A program made the translations under genes and the position numbers. The notes beneath the pieces were generated by a model. It was not told where the DNA came from, ran no database searches, and saw nothing but the letters and a program-made list of their open reading frames with translations. Of a stretch of DNA of 64,000 nt, positions 18,902-27,942 are shown one piece after another; the first letter of the stretch is position 1; each line of letters opens with the position of its first letter. This DNA comes from Bryobacteraceae bacterium (GTDB lineage: Bacteria > Acidobacteriota > Terriglobia > Bryobacterales > Bryobacteraceae): NCBI GenBank assembly GCA_036521975.1, contig DATDGT010000371.1:702-64701 (forward strand), in the 5' to 3' direction.

Positions 18902-19698
18902 GCCGCCCGTTCGAGAACCAAGTCGCGATTGTGACCGGCGCGAGCAAAGGCATCGGCCAGGCCATCGCTCTGCGCCTGGCTCGGAAGGGCGCACAAGTGG
19001 CCATGTGCGCGCGCGACGAGGAAGCTCTCGAGCGGGTGATTCGGCAAATCGAATCGTCGCCTGAACCGCACAGAGCGGGCGGAGCGGCCGCGGCGTTCGC
19101 TTGCGACCTTCGAGTCCCGGAAAACCCAGCGCGGCTCGCCGACTTCGCGCGGGAGCGCTTTGGCCGGATCGATATTGTAGTGAACAATGCCGGCGCCACC
19201 AAACGCGGCGAACTGGAGGCGCTGACCGACGATGACTGGGCCGACGGCTTCGCCTTGAAATTTTTCGCGTCGGTGCGCCTCACGCGCGCCGCATGGCCGC
19301 ATTTGAAGGCGAACCGCGGCTCGGTGATTTTTATCTCCGGCGTGGGCGGACGAACTCCGGGCGGGCAGTTCGCCATCGGCGGATCGGTGAACGCCGCGCT
19401 GCTTTCCTTCACGAAGGCGTTGGCGGAAACGGGTCTGCGCGACGGCGTGCAAGTCAACGCGATCAATCCCGGCACGATCCGCACGGACAGATTCGCAGCG
19501 CGCCTAAAAGCCTTCGCCGCCGGTCGAAACATCGATTTATCCGAGGCCGAACGCGAGTACGTGAAGGAGGAGGAGATTGCGCGAATCGGCGAGCCATCGG
19601 AGATCGCCGCGCTGGTGGCTTTCATTGCAGGACCGGAAGGCAGGCTTCTGCACGGATCGCTGATCGATATCGATGCTGGAGCCACCAAAACCATATGA
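18898..19698 (+). CDS. SDR-family oxidoreductase
   Basis: 266-aa ORF with VAIVTGASKGIGQAIA, NNAG and S..Y...K-type residues. Its ATGA overlaps bcp. Confidence 0.8.
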   Translation: MSRPFENQVAIVTGASKGIGQAIALRLARKGAQVAMCARDEEALERVIRQIESSPEPHRAGGAAAAFACDLRVPENPARLADFARERFGRIDIVVNNAGATKRGELEALTDDDWADGFALKFFASVRLTRAAWPHLKANRGSVIFISGVGGRTPGGQFAIGGSVNAALLSFTKALAETGLRDGVQVNAINPGTIRTDRFAARLKAFAAGRNIDLSEAEREYVKEEEIARIGEPSEIAALVAFIAGPEGRLLHGSLIDIDAGATKTI

Positions 19699-19743
19699 AG
19701 ACCCGTGGCCCGGGCGGATGCGAGCGATAGAATGGAGGGGATT

Positions 19744-19819
19744 GGGCCGGTAGCTCAGTTGGTAGAGCATCGCACTTTTAATGCGGTGGTCGCGGGTTCG
19801 ACTCCCGCCCGGCTCACCA
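19744..19819 (+). tRNA. tRNA-Lys (anticodon TTT), CCA encoded
   Basis: The sequence is GGGCCGGTAGCTCAGTTGGTAGAGCATCGCACTTTTAATGCGGTGGTCGCGGGTTCGACTCCCGCCCGGCTCACCA. The anticodon loop is CTTTTAA. Confidence 0.93.
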
Positions 19820-20290
19820 TTCATTCCAAGGGCTTTCAGGTGGGCTCACTTTCTGTCTTGCCCCCGCCGTCTTGCCCCATTTCCGGACCCAGTGCGGCCT
19901 CTTTTGGCCTTCAGGTGCGCCGCGAGCTTGTCCGCAGTTTGGATCATTCTGCGTATCGGGGCAGCAGATCGCGCACGGACCGATACACTTCATGGGCGAT
20001 GATCCCCTCGCGAGCGTGGTCAACGGGAAGCATCTCGAACGCTGGTACGCGCAGCACTAGCGGTGGCCCATTCCTTGCCCCGCGGTTCATCGCCCGGTGC
20101 AACCACGCAGGTGGAGCGGTCAGTCGCGGCTTTTGAACCGCCGATCTTCCGAATCGACGTCGACATTCTGAGTTTCCTGCCACAGCGGCGCGCCACCTCG
20201 TTAGTCGCGATGGATGGACAGAGTGACGCCTTCCGAATCCGCGTGATAGCATTGGCCCCAGGGAGCTGATCGGTAGCGGAACTTTGCAAA

Positions 20291-20485
20291 ATGCGAAATC
20301 CACGGACAAGTGTGGTCGTGGCGCTCGCCAGGGTCGCTGTGGCGCAGTCCCCCGCTACGGATGGCGGCCGGCCTACGCTCTTCGTGACCGGCGATTCTAC
20401 GGCGAGCAGTGGTGATCGCCTGTTGGCAGCAGGTATTCCAGCGCTCAAAGAAATACTCCTGGCGCTATTCCTTTCCGAACGATGA
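20291..20485 (+). pseudogene. possible N-terminal relic of an SGNH/GDSL esterase (rhamnogalacturonan acetylesterase-like)
   Basis: A signal-like VVVALARVAVAQS is followed by RPTLFVTGDSTAS (block I, GDS). The ORF stops after 64 aa, where the next gene starts. Confidence 0.3.
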
Positions 20486-22803
20486 GACTACAACTTTTTA
20501 CTCTCCTGTTTGCCGCACTCACACTGCTTCGACCCGCGGCCGCCATGACCGAGCAGGAACGCCGCGAATACCTCGACCAACTGCTCAAGATCCTGCCTAA
20601 CGCTCCGCAGTTCAAGCAATGGCTCGACAAAACGGGCGAACTGCCTCCGGACTTCGACACGTTTCCGCGCGTGAACGGTCTACCGGATCCGCTGAAGTTT
20701 CTGGACGGCAGACCTGTGCGGAACGCTACTGAGTGGAAAGCGCGCCGCCAGGAGATCGGGCATTTGTACCAGAAGTACGACCTGGGCACATTCCCGCCGA
20801 AACCCAAACTGGATCGCGTTGTGTCGCTCGACGAGACGCGCGGCCCGGGCTATCTGATCCGCAACGTGCGCCTGGAATTCGGGCCTGAGGGCAAAGGCTC
20901 GATGCGGGTGCAGGTGATGATTCCCGATGGTAAGGGTCCGTTCCCCGTTTTGATCAGCCCCAATCTGGCGGGTTGGGGGCCGGCTCTGTTGCGCCGGGGT
21001 TACATCTCTTGCGGATATGCGGCGAATGACGGCATGGACGATGCGGCCGCATTAGGACAGCTCTACCCCGATTACGATTTTGCGCTCCTGCCGCGCCGCG
21101 CCTGGGCCGCCGGACTGGTGTTGGACTATTTGGAAACGCTCCCAGCAGTCGACAAAAGGCACATCGCGATGTTCGGATACTCACGCGATGGAAAAATGGC
21201 GGCCATCGCCACTGCGTTCGATGAACGCATCGCGGCTGTAATCGCCGGCAGCACAGGAGTGGGCGGCGTGCTGCCCTGGCGCCTCTCTGGGGAACGCAAC
21301 TTCGGAGAGGGCATCGAGAGCACTACGCGGTCGTTCCCGACGTGGTTCGTTCCGCGTCTGCGCTTTTTCTCCGGACGTGAAGATCGCCTGCCGATCGACG
21401 CGAATCTGCTGGTGGCGATGATTGCTCCACGATCGATCCTCATGGAGTGGGGCCATAACGACGAAGTTTCGAACACCTGGGGGCTCGAGCAAACCTATCA
21501 TTCCGCGCTGAAGGTTTATAAGATGCTGGGTCAGCCCGAGCGGATCGACATCCTGCGTGTGCCCGGCTTCCATGGAGCGAATGACCAGGAGGCATGCCTG
21601 GATTGGCTGGACATTCAATTCGGCCGCTCCGCGCGCACCTGGAACAACAATTTCCTGCTTTCTTGGGATTGGGACAAATGGCGGGCCGATAGCAAGGAGA
21701 GTCTCGACCTCGCCCGCTATTCACCGGCGCTTTCTCGCACGAGTTCTGTCTCCTCGGCGAACGACTGGGAAAAGACTGCGGCCGGGATCCGTGAGTCCCT
21801 CAAATGGATGCTCGGCGAGGAACCGCCGAGGATGCCTCCAGCCGTGGGGCGCGGAGGCAGGGGACCCGCTCCTGCTCCGCAAGTTGCGGCGCCGGGCGCG
21901 CGTGGAATCACCAACCCCGGACAGACCGCTCCGGACCTTGTCTCATGGGTTATCCAGCGGGGCGGGAACTCCTTCGGCTGGCTGGAACCGCAACGGAACC
22001 AGACCGTCTCTCGCCCCATAAACTTCGGATACAACGTTCGCGGTGACCTTTACTATCCGGTCAACACGCCGGCCAATGCCAAACTGCCCGCGGTGATCTG
22101 GCTGCACGGCTACAGCTATCAGTTGGGGTACATGTGGGTTTATCACAACGACCTGCATCCGATCCTGGCTCTGGTTCGAGCAGGCTACGCAGTGCTGGCC
22201 TACGATCAAAGCGGCTTCGGGAGCCGGATGAACGAGTCGGCGCCGTTCTATGACCGCTATCCGCACTGGTCGCGGATGGGCCGCATGGTAGAGGACGCTA
22301 GCGCGGCAATCGATGCCTTAGAGAAGGACCCACTCGTCGATCCGCGGCGCATCTCGCTGTTTGGGTATTCGATGGGTGGAACGGTGGGACTTTACGCCGC
22401 GGCCTTGGATGCGCGGGTCAAGGGAGTGGTGTCGATCGCCGGATTCACTCCCATGCGCACAGACGCCGCAGCCCGGGGAACGGGAGGCGTGGCGCGCTAC
22501 AGTAATGAACGCGGACTGATCCCGCGGCTCGGTTTCTTTGTTGGCCGCGAAGATCGGATTCCTTATGACTTCGACGAGCTGATCGCGACGATCGCGCCGC
22601 GGCCGGTCTTGGTAGTGGAGGCGCAGTTGGATCGCGACGCAACCACGGCGGATGTGCATACCGCTGTGGACCAGGCAAAGAAGATCTACGGCCTCTACGG
22701 CGCAGCCGAGAAGCTTGCCATTCAAGAACCCTGGGACTATAACCGTCTGCCGGATCGTACGCAGGATGAGATCGTGAAGTGGATGGACGCGACTCTTCGG
22801 TGA
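20482..22803 (+). CDS. secreted two-domain alpha/beta hydrolase: CE15 glucuronoyl-esterase-like N-domain plus a second esterase domain
   Basis: 773-aa ORF with a signal peptide. LPDPLKFLDGRPVRNATEWKARRQEI and GYSRDGK resemble the CE15 GCSRxGK motif. The C-terminal domain has GYSMGG. Confidence 0.65.
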   Translation: MRLQLFTLLFAALTLLRPAAAMTEQERREYLDQLLKILPNAPQFKQWLDKTGELPPDFDTFPRVNGLPDPLKFLDGRPVRNATEWKARRQEIGHLYQKYDLGTFPPKPKLDRVVSLDETRGPGYLIRNVRLEFGPEGKGSMRVQVMIPDGKGPFPVLISPNLAGWGPALLRRGYISCGYAANDGMDDAAALGQLYPDYDFALLPRRAWAAGLVLDYLETLPAVDKRHIAMFGYSRDGKMAAIATAFDERIAAVIAGSTGVGGVLPWRLSGERNFGEGIESTTRSFPTWFVPRLRFFSGREDRLPIDANLLVAMIAPRSILMEWGHNDEVSNTWGLEQTYHSALKVYKMLGQPERIDILRVPGFHGANDQEACLDWLDIQFGRSARTWNNNFLLSWDWDKWRADSKESLDLARYSPALSRTSSVSSANDWEKTAAGIRESLKWMLGEEPPRMPPAVGRGGRGPAPAPQVAAPGARGITNPGQTAPDLVSWVIQRGGNSFGWLEPQRNQTVSRPINFGYNVRGDLYYPVNTPANAKLPAVIWLHGYSYQLGYMWVYHNDLHPILALVRAGYAVLAYDQSGFGSRMNESAPFYDRYPHWSRMGRMVEDASAAIDALEKDPLVDPRRISLFGYSMGGTVGLYAAALDARVKGVVSIAGFTPMRTDAAARGTGGVARYSNERGLIPRLGFFVGREDRIPYDFDELIATIAPRPVLVVEAQLDRDATTADVHTAVDQAKKIYGLYGAAEKLAIQEPWDYNRLPDRTQDEIVKWMDATLR

Positions 22804-22814
22804 CGGAATAGCGA

Positions 22815-23078
22815 TCAATCACCAATATCGATAATCTGATTGAGCGCCTTACAAGCAAGCGCAAAAACACCTTCGGGCACTTGTTTCAACGGGTGCGGCT
22901 TCGCATCTCGAGCCTGCCAGTCGAAGGATTTCGGCTGGTGCACAAGGATATAGCTCGTCTTCTTCCCGGGGCGATCGATCTTCAGCGCGAAGGGATTGGT
23001 CTCGTTGTACTCCGCCGCGGCGGCTGCGCGTGCAAGGTGTCGTATTTGGCGTTTTGCACGATGCCGACGATCCGGCAC
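22815..23078 (-). pseudogene. MazF/PemK-family toxin relic (C-terminal half only)
   Basis: NPFALKIDRPGKKTSYILVHQPKSFDWQARDAKPHPLKQVPEGVFALACKALNQII aligns by eye with E. coli MazF YPFEVVLSG..VALADQVKSIAWRARGATKKGTVAPEELQLIKAKINVLI. The N-terminal half is not recognisable, and there is no antitoxin ORF upstream. Confidence 0.5.
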
Positions 23079-23219
23079 ACGATGGGGCCAGGCTCGCGCT
23101 GACGGTCCGCAGTCATTTCAGTTCCTTTGCAGTTCTCTCCACCGTCCCTTAACTAACCGACTCACTAACTAGCCGGCTGCAAAGCGAAGAACGGAGGAAG
23201 AATGATGGTGAGTACCTCA

Positions 23220-24959
23220 TCAATTCTCCGTCGGCTTCTCGATGTGATCGATCACGTACACGTCTACTTTGTCCTTCGTGGATTCCATCTTCAACCCGAG
23301 TTTCCCGAACACCGTGAAGATCGTCGGCAGGTCGGCAATATCCACTCCGTCTTGCTTCTGTCCAGGCGCGAACGGAGCCACCTGCATAGGCTGCCAACCA
23401 GACGTCTCGATGTGGTGAAGGCCCTTGATCCCGGTCTTATCCAGCAGTGGGCGATCGGTATAATTCTCCATGCCCTTCGCCAAATCCTGCATACTCACCG
23501 CGCGCGCATGGAGCCCTCGTCCCCGGCCGCCACCAAGATCGTGGCAGAAGGTGTTGGGAGCCGGAGCGGGAGTTGCGTCTGGATCTGGACAGTCTTTTTC
23601 CTCAATGTCCGCCTTCTGAAGCTTCGGCCCGCCCTTCTCCACGGTCAGCGCGTACACCGCCATTTCCCTCGTCACACGGTGAATCTTCAATTTGAATCGG
23701 TCGGCCAGCAGCGTCTGAAGCATCAATCTCTGTCTGTCCTCGCGGGCCTTCTTCGATAATCCGGCCGGGAACGCGCCCGTTGCTTGAATCTCGTACACCC
23801 CATCCCGCGAGCGGATCCACTCCGGGCCTCCCGTAAGCCGCTCACTCGGATTGAAGGGCAAGTCGTAGGCAACGGAAATTAAAAACTGGATCGGCACAGT
23901 TGAGACAAATCTCCCGCCCGGCTCAAACCCGAAGCGAGGGTTACCGCCTCCCGGCGCGACCGGCTTCACCGACGCGACCTCGAACGTCACTGCCTCCTTG
24001 GACTGCGCCTGCGCCCGAATCGGCGGCGCGTTCACGATCCCGATAGCAATCGGCCCCACCACCGCCAGCACGCCCGCGCCGGCTAACAGCAATTTTCTGA
24101 CGGTGTTCAACTTGAATACGATGCGATTCGTCATAATGTCCTCGATTCGTTTGTTAAGGTTCGCTCCACTCACTCCCGCGACGCACCCCAGTGGCGATTG
24201 CAGATACAGCTCGCACACCTTGAGAATGCCTTCCGCGTATGTCTGCGCCTCGTTGCCCGCGTGCAGTACCTCTTCGTCGCAAGCCCGCTCCCGCTCCTCC
24301 ATCAGCCGAGCTCCGATCCACCACACCAGCGGATGAAACCAGAACACCGCCTCGACAACCATGTGCATCGCCGTCGCCAGATTGTCGCGCCGACGAACAT
24401 GGCACAGCTCATGCGAGAGGATCGCCTCCAACTGCGCCTCCGTCAGCCGGTCCGTAATTCCCTCGGGCAATAGCAAGACGGGTCGAAAGACCCCGAACAC
24501 GCCCGGCTCGAGCAGCGCCGTTGACGACCTCACCGGCACTGGCAACCCCAGATCCAGCGGCGTCGCCCTCCGAACATTCGCATGCATTCGCGTCCATTCG
24601 CGGCCCCAGCTAATCCCGATGGCAACGAATCCCGCCGCCCACACCAGCAGCAGCAACTCCGGAACCAGATTCGTCCTCACAGGTGCTGTCTCCCGCACGG
24701 CAACCAGGGGAGCCGCGGCTCCGAACGGCCGCACGACCTCCTCGACCGCGGTTGGCGCCGAAAGTGGCGTAGCCACCCTCCAGCTCACTTGGCTTCCCGC
24801 AACGACCAACAGCGCCAGAGGTCCCAGAAACTTCATCGACGCCGCGAACCACAGCCAGTATCGTGTCTGCGCCCGGTTCCTCTTGAGCGTCAGCGTCAGC
24901 AACCACGCGATGCCCGCAAACACCGTCGATTGCCACAAATGATTAAGTATTGCCTGCAT
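23220..24959 (-). CDS. BlaR1/MecR1-type M56 sensor peptidase fused to a TIGR03435-type C-terminal domain
   Basis: 579-aa ORF with TM segments and HELCHVRRRDN (HExxH). The C-terminal FEVASVKP...GGPEWIRS...LLADRFKLKIH...VYVIDHIEKPTEN matches the recalled TIGR03435 signature. Confidence 0.8.
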   Translation of the reverse strand: MQAILNHLWQSTVFAGIAWLLTLTLKRNRAQTRYWLWFAASMKFLGPLALLVVAGSQVSWRVATPLSAPTAVEEVVRPFGAAAPLVAVRETAPVRTNLVPELLLLVWAAGFVAIGISWGREWTRMHANVRRATPLDLGLPVPVRSSTALLEPGVFGVFRPVLLLPEGITDRLTEAQLEAILSHELCHVRRRDNLATAMHMVVEAVFWFHPLVWWIGARLMEERERACDEEVLHAGNEAQTYAEGILKVCELYLQSPLGCVAGVSGANLNKRIEDIMTNRIVFKLNTVRKLLLAGAGVLAVVGPIAIGIVNAPPIRAQAQSKEAVTFEVASVKPVAPGGGNPRFGFEPGGRFVSTVPIQFLISVAYDLPFNPSERLTGGPEWIRSRDGVYEIQATGAFPAGLSKKAREDRQRLMLQTLLADRFKLKIHRVTREMAVYALTVEKGGPKLQKADIEEKDCPDPDATPAPAPNTFCHDLGGGRGRGLHARAVSMQDLAKGMENYTDRPLLDKTGIKGLHHIETSGWQPMQVAPFAPGQKQDGVDIADLPTIFTVFGKLGLKMESTKDKVDVYVIDHIEKPTEN

Positions 24960-25335
24960 GCTTCCTCCCCAGCGTTCGCAGCGTTTTCGTTGCTTGCTCC
25001 AAATCCTCCAGCGTCAGATCGCCGGAGTCGATCAAGTGCGCCATGATAGGCTGCGCCCGTCCTCCGAACATTCCCAGCAGATCGTCGATCAATCGCCGCT
25101 CGGCCGATCCGCGCGAAACCACCGGCTCGAAAATGTGCGCGGCGCCATCCCTCTTAGCGCGCCGCACCGCTTTCTTGAACTCCAGCCGGTACACCGTGGT
25201 CTGGATGGTCGTGTAGGCCGGCCTGTCAGCCTCGAGGAACGTCTCTTGAATCTCTCGAATCGATGCCGAGCCCTTGTCCCACAGTGCCTTCATGATCTGC
25301 ATTTCGAGGTTGGTCAGCTTCTTCGGTTTGCCCAC
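24943..25335 (-). CDS. BlaI/MecI/CopY-family transcriptional repressor
   Basis: 130-aa ORF with LTNLEMQIMKALWDKGSASIREIQ...TTIQTTVYRLEFK. It overlaps the downstream blaR1-like gene. Confidence 0.85.
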   Translation of the reverse strand: MGKPKKLTNLEMQIMKALWDKGSASIREIQETFLEADRPAYTTIQTTVYRLEFKKAVRRAKRDGAAHIFEPVVSRGSAERRLIDDLLGMFGGRAQPIMAHLIDSGDLTLEDLEQATKTLRTLGRKHAGNT

Positions 25336-25344
25336 GTATCGACA

Positions 25345-25366
25345 CTACTACATTTGTATGTAGTAG
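25345..25366. promoter_or_regulatory. putative BlaI operator palindrome
   Basis: CTACTACAT-TTGT-ATGTAGTAG has perfect 9-bp arms and lies 10 bp upstream of the blaI-like start. It contains the TACA/TGTA half-sites typical of BlaI/MecI operators. Confidence 0.55.
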
Positions 25367-26001
25367 GCAAGAGTTTTTTGTCCCACAAAACCAGCACACG
25401 CTACTTCATACATGCTTTCAATGGCTTACCGCGCGGTTCGCTAGATCGGGAGCGCTACAATCGATGGCGTGAGTAGGTTTTCTTCCTGGCCATGGAAGCG
25501 TCGCATGTTAGGTGGTACTGAACTTTCGCCGTCTCGGTTGTGCCACAAATTTCTCAGGAGTAGGTCCGATGAAAATCGATCGTGGGGTATGAGCGAAGCG
25601 TTGATGGAGACGCCTGGAGAAACTCCGCGCTTCTCTCCGTGACCTTCATTCTGGTTCATTCTGGCTTCATCTGCCTCCATCGCAGAACGGGCTCGCCGGG
25701 TGCGGCCAAATCTGCAGAGTTGCTCAGTGGCATAGGCTTCAGCATAAACAGCTTGGGCCGTCACTAGGATCAGAAACCCACGCAGGGGCAGATCCCACAG
25801 AATCAGCAACTTGCTGTGAGTTTCTCCAAAGCCCGTGAAGAGTCGGTTCGTTTGAAGGCGCGCCCGGCGGCCTGCGCGCTCTCCACTGGCTGGAGCGCAA
25901 GCTGCGCGTGCGCTCTCTCCTTCCAGCGCATACGGCTCGGCAGCGCCTCGATTCCCGTGATCACGATAAGGCCTAGGTCCAGGTCCTCCGACCCCGGGCA
26001 A

Positions 26002-26030
26002 GCGCACAGCGAATGCGTTGTGCGCGTTAA
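26002..26030 (+). repeat. 29-bp hairpin element, copy A (intergenic)
   Basis: The sequence is GCGCACAGCGAATGCGTTGTGCGC+GTTAA. It forms a 10-bp stem (one G-T pair) with an AATG loop. Confidence 0.85.
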
Positions 26031-26421
26031 CGGCAAGAGATGTGAGTCATTTTACCTTCCGCCTCGTCGGGCGCGGCATTGGCATCTGGCTTCTTCACAT
26101 TCCCGCGAAACTTTCTCACGCATTTTCTACCGGTTCCCGCTCAGGGCGATGGGAAATCCCCCGAACCGTGTTTCATTATGAGTAGGCAGGAAAGCGCCGC
26201 GGGGACCTCCTCACCGGGGATCGCGGTCACCGATCAGAAATCCTAGGCTGCTGGAAGAGGTCTGCCGCAGTGGGCGAGGCTGTATCGAAATCAGCCCTCA
26301 TTTCCCGGAGTTGAGGTTAAATAAACCGGGCCCTGGTCAGGGTAATAGCCTAGAGGGAGCTCCTTCGAATTATCAAGGTTGCGCGAGGAGAAGTTTCATG
26401 GCGGCGGCCCCAGGCCGGCCA

Positions 26422-26463
26422 CAAGCCAACAACTGATGACTGATAACTCACAGCTGATAGCTT
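26422..26463 (-). repeat. degenerate heptanucleotide tandem array (CAGYYRT-type), intergenic
   Basis: Plus-strand units are acaactg/atgactg/ataactc/acagctg/atagctt. The period and consensus are the same as the array at 14528-14576. Confidence 0.6.
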
Positions 26464-26567
26464 TTTCAGTCTGCGAAAGTCCTTGATAACTTTGGGAATG
26501 CTCCCCAAATGGGTTCGTCTTTTCAACTTGCGTGGTCAGTGGGATAGAGTGGATGAGACGTGAGGAA

Positions 26568-27938
26568 ATGAAGAACGCTGGCTTTGTGCTCGGGATCATC
26601 TTTATCTCAGCCGCCGTGCGTGCGGCGGAGTTTCGCGCGAACGATTTTGGGGCGAAGGGCGACGGCGTGACCCCGAACACTACCGCGATCCAAAGCACCA
26701 TTGATGCCGCCGCCAAGGCGGGCGGCACTATCGTGTTTGCGCCGGGTGTTTACCTGACCGGATCCATATTTCCAAAATCGGGAACGCATTTGCGCGTCGA
26801 CAAAGGCGTGGAAATCCGGGGTATCCAGGATCAGGCGGCCTATCCCGTGATGCCCACTCGCATTGCGGGCATCGAGATGCGTTGGCCTGCCGCGCTGATC
26901 AACGTCTACGAACAATCGGGCGTCCGCATTTCCGGTCAGGGCATCATCGACGGTGACGGGAAAATGTGGTGGGACAAGTACTGGCAGATGCGCCGGGACT
27001 ACGAACCCAAAGGATTGCGGTGGGCCGCGGACTACGATGCACAGCGGCCCCGGCTCATTCAGATCTATAAATCGGATAACGTGGATCTGCAGGGATTGAC
27101 CCTGCGCCGCTCCGGCTTTTGGACTGTGCATATCTGCTACTCGCACAAGGTCACCGTCGATGGCGTGACCATCCGCAACAATATCGGCCGCAACAATATC
27201 GGCGGCCGCGGCCCTAGCACGGATGGGATCGACGTGGATTCCTCCTCGGACGTGCTAGTCGAGAACGCCGATATCGACGGCAATGACGATGCGGTGGTGA
27301 TGAAGGCCGGCCGGGATGCCGACGGGTTGCGCGTCAATCGCCCCACCGAAAATGTGGTGGTTCGGGATATCACGGTTCGAGACGGGGCGGCCGGCATTAC
27401 GTTTGGGAGCGAAACGTCGGGTGGCATCCGCCATGTGGAGGCCTACCGGATTCACGTCATGGCTCCATCTCCTATCGGCATCCTGTTCAAGTCGGCCGCG
27501 ACGCGCGGTGGAACCATAGAAGATATTTCGATCCACGATATCGACATGCGCGGCGTGCCCACAGCCTTCAGCATCGCGTTCAATTGGAATCCGAGCTACA
27601 GCTACGCGAAGATCCCGGAGGGCCTGGCTAGCATTCCCGAGCATTATTCGGTGCTGGCCCAGGAGGTCCCTCGGCAAAAAGGCATCCCGCACCTTAGGAA
27701 TGTAAAGATCTACAATCTCAAGGCATCTGGCACCCGCGAGGCGTTTTCTGTGGCCTCCTACGCAGACTCTCCCCTGCAAAACGTAACCTTCCGGAACATC
27801 GATATCCAAGCGCAGCGAGGCGGCCAGATTCTGAATGCGGAGAACTGGAACTTCGAGAACACGCGCATCCACACGGCGGACGGCAGTCACGTCGCGGTGA
27901 AAGACTCTCGCGCCGTTAAGGGATTGCCAGGAGAGTAG
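26568..27938 (+). CDS. GH28-family glycoside hydrolase (polygalacturonase/rhamnogalacturonase-like), secreted
   Basis: ATG at 26568 follows GAGGA, and there is a signal peptide. It has [32 protein letters not shown] and [11 protein letters not shown]. Confidence 0.8.
   Translation: MKNAGFVLGIIFISAAVRAAEFRANDFGAKGDGVTPNTTAIQSTIDAAAKAGGTIVFAPGVYLTGSIFPKSGTHLRVDKGVEIRGIQDQAAYPVMPTRIAGIEMRWPAALINVYEQSGVRISGQGIIDGDGKMWWDKYWQMRRDYEPKGLRWAADYDAQRPRLIQIYKSDNVDLQGLTLRRSGFWTVHICYSHKVTVDGVTIRNNIGRNNIGGRGPSTDGIDVDSSSDVLVENADIDGNDDAVVMKAGRDADGLRVNRPTENVVVRDITVRDGAAGITFGSETSGGIRHVEAYRIHVMAPSPIGILFKSAATRGGTIEDISIHDIDMRGVPTAFSIAFNWNPSYSYAKIPEGLASIPEHYSVLAQEVPRQKGIPHLRNVKIYNLKASGTREAFSVASYADSPLQNVTFRNIDIQAQRGGQILNAENWNFENTRIHTADGSHVAVKDSRAVKGLPGE
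27173..27202 (+). repeat. perfect 15-bp tandem duplication inside the GH28 CDS
   Basis: CCGCAACAATATCGG occurs twice, encoding [10 protein letters not shown] just upstream of the STDGID motif. Confidence 0.9.
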
Positions 27939-27942
27939 AGCC

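Noticed and set aside
25441-26007. 188-aa minus-strand ORF in the gap upstream of GH28
   Set aside because: It has no recognisable motifs, runs through a copy of the dispersed hairpin element, and its composition looks non-coding. It is left unannotated.
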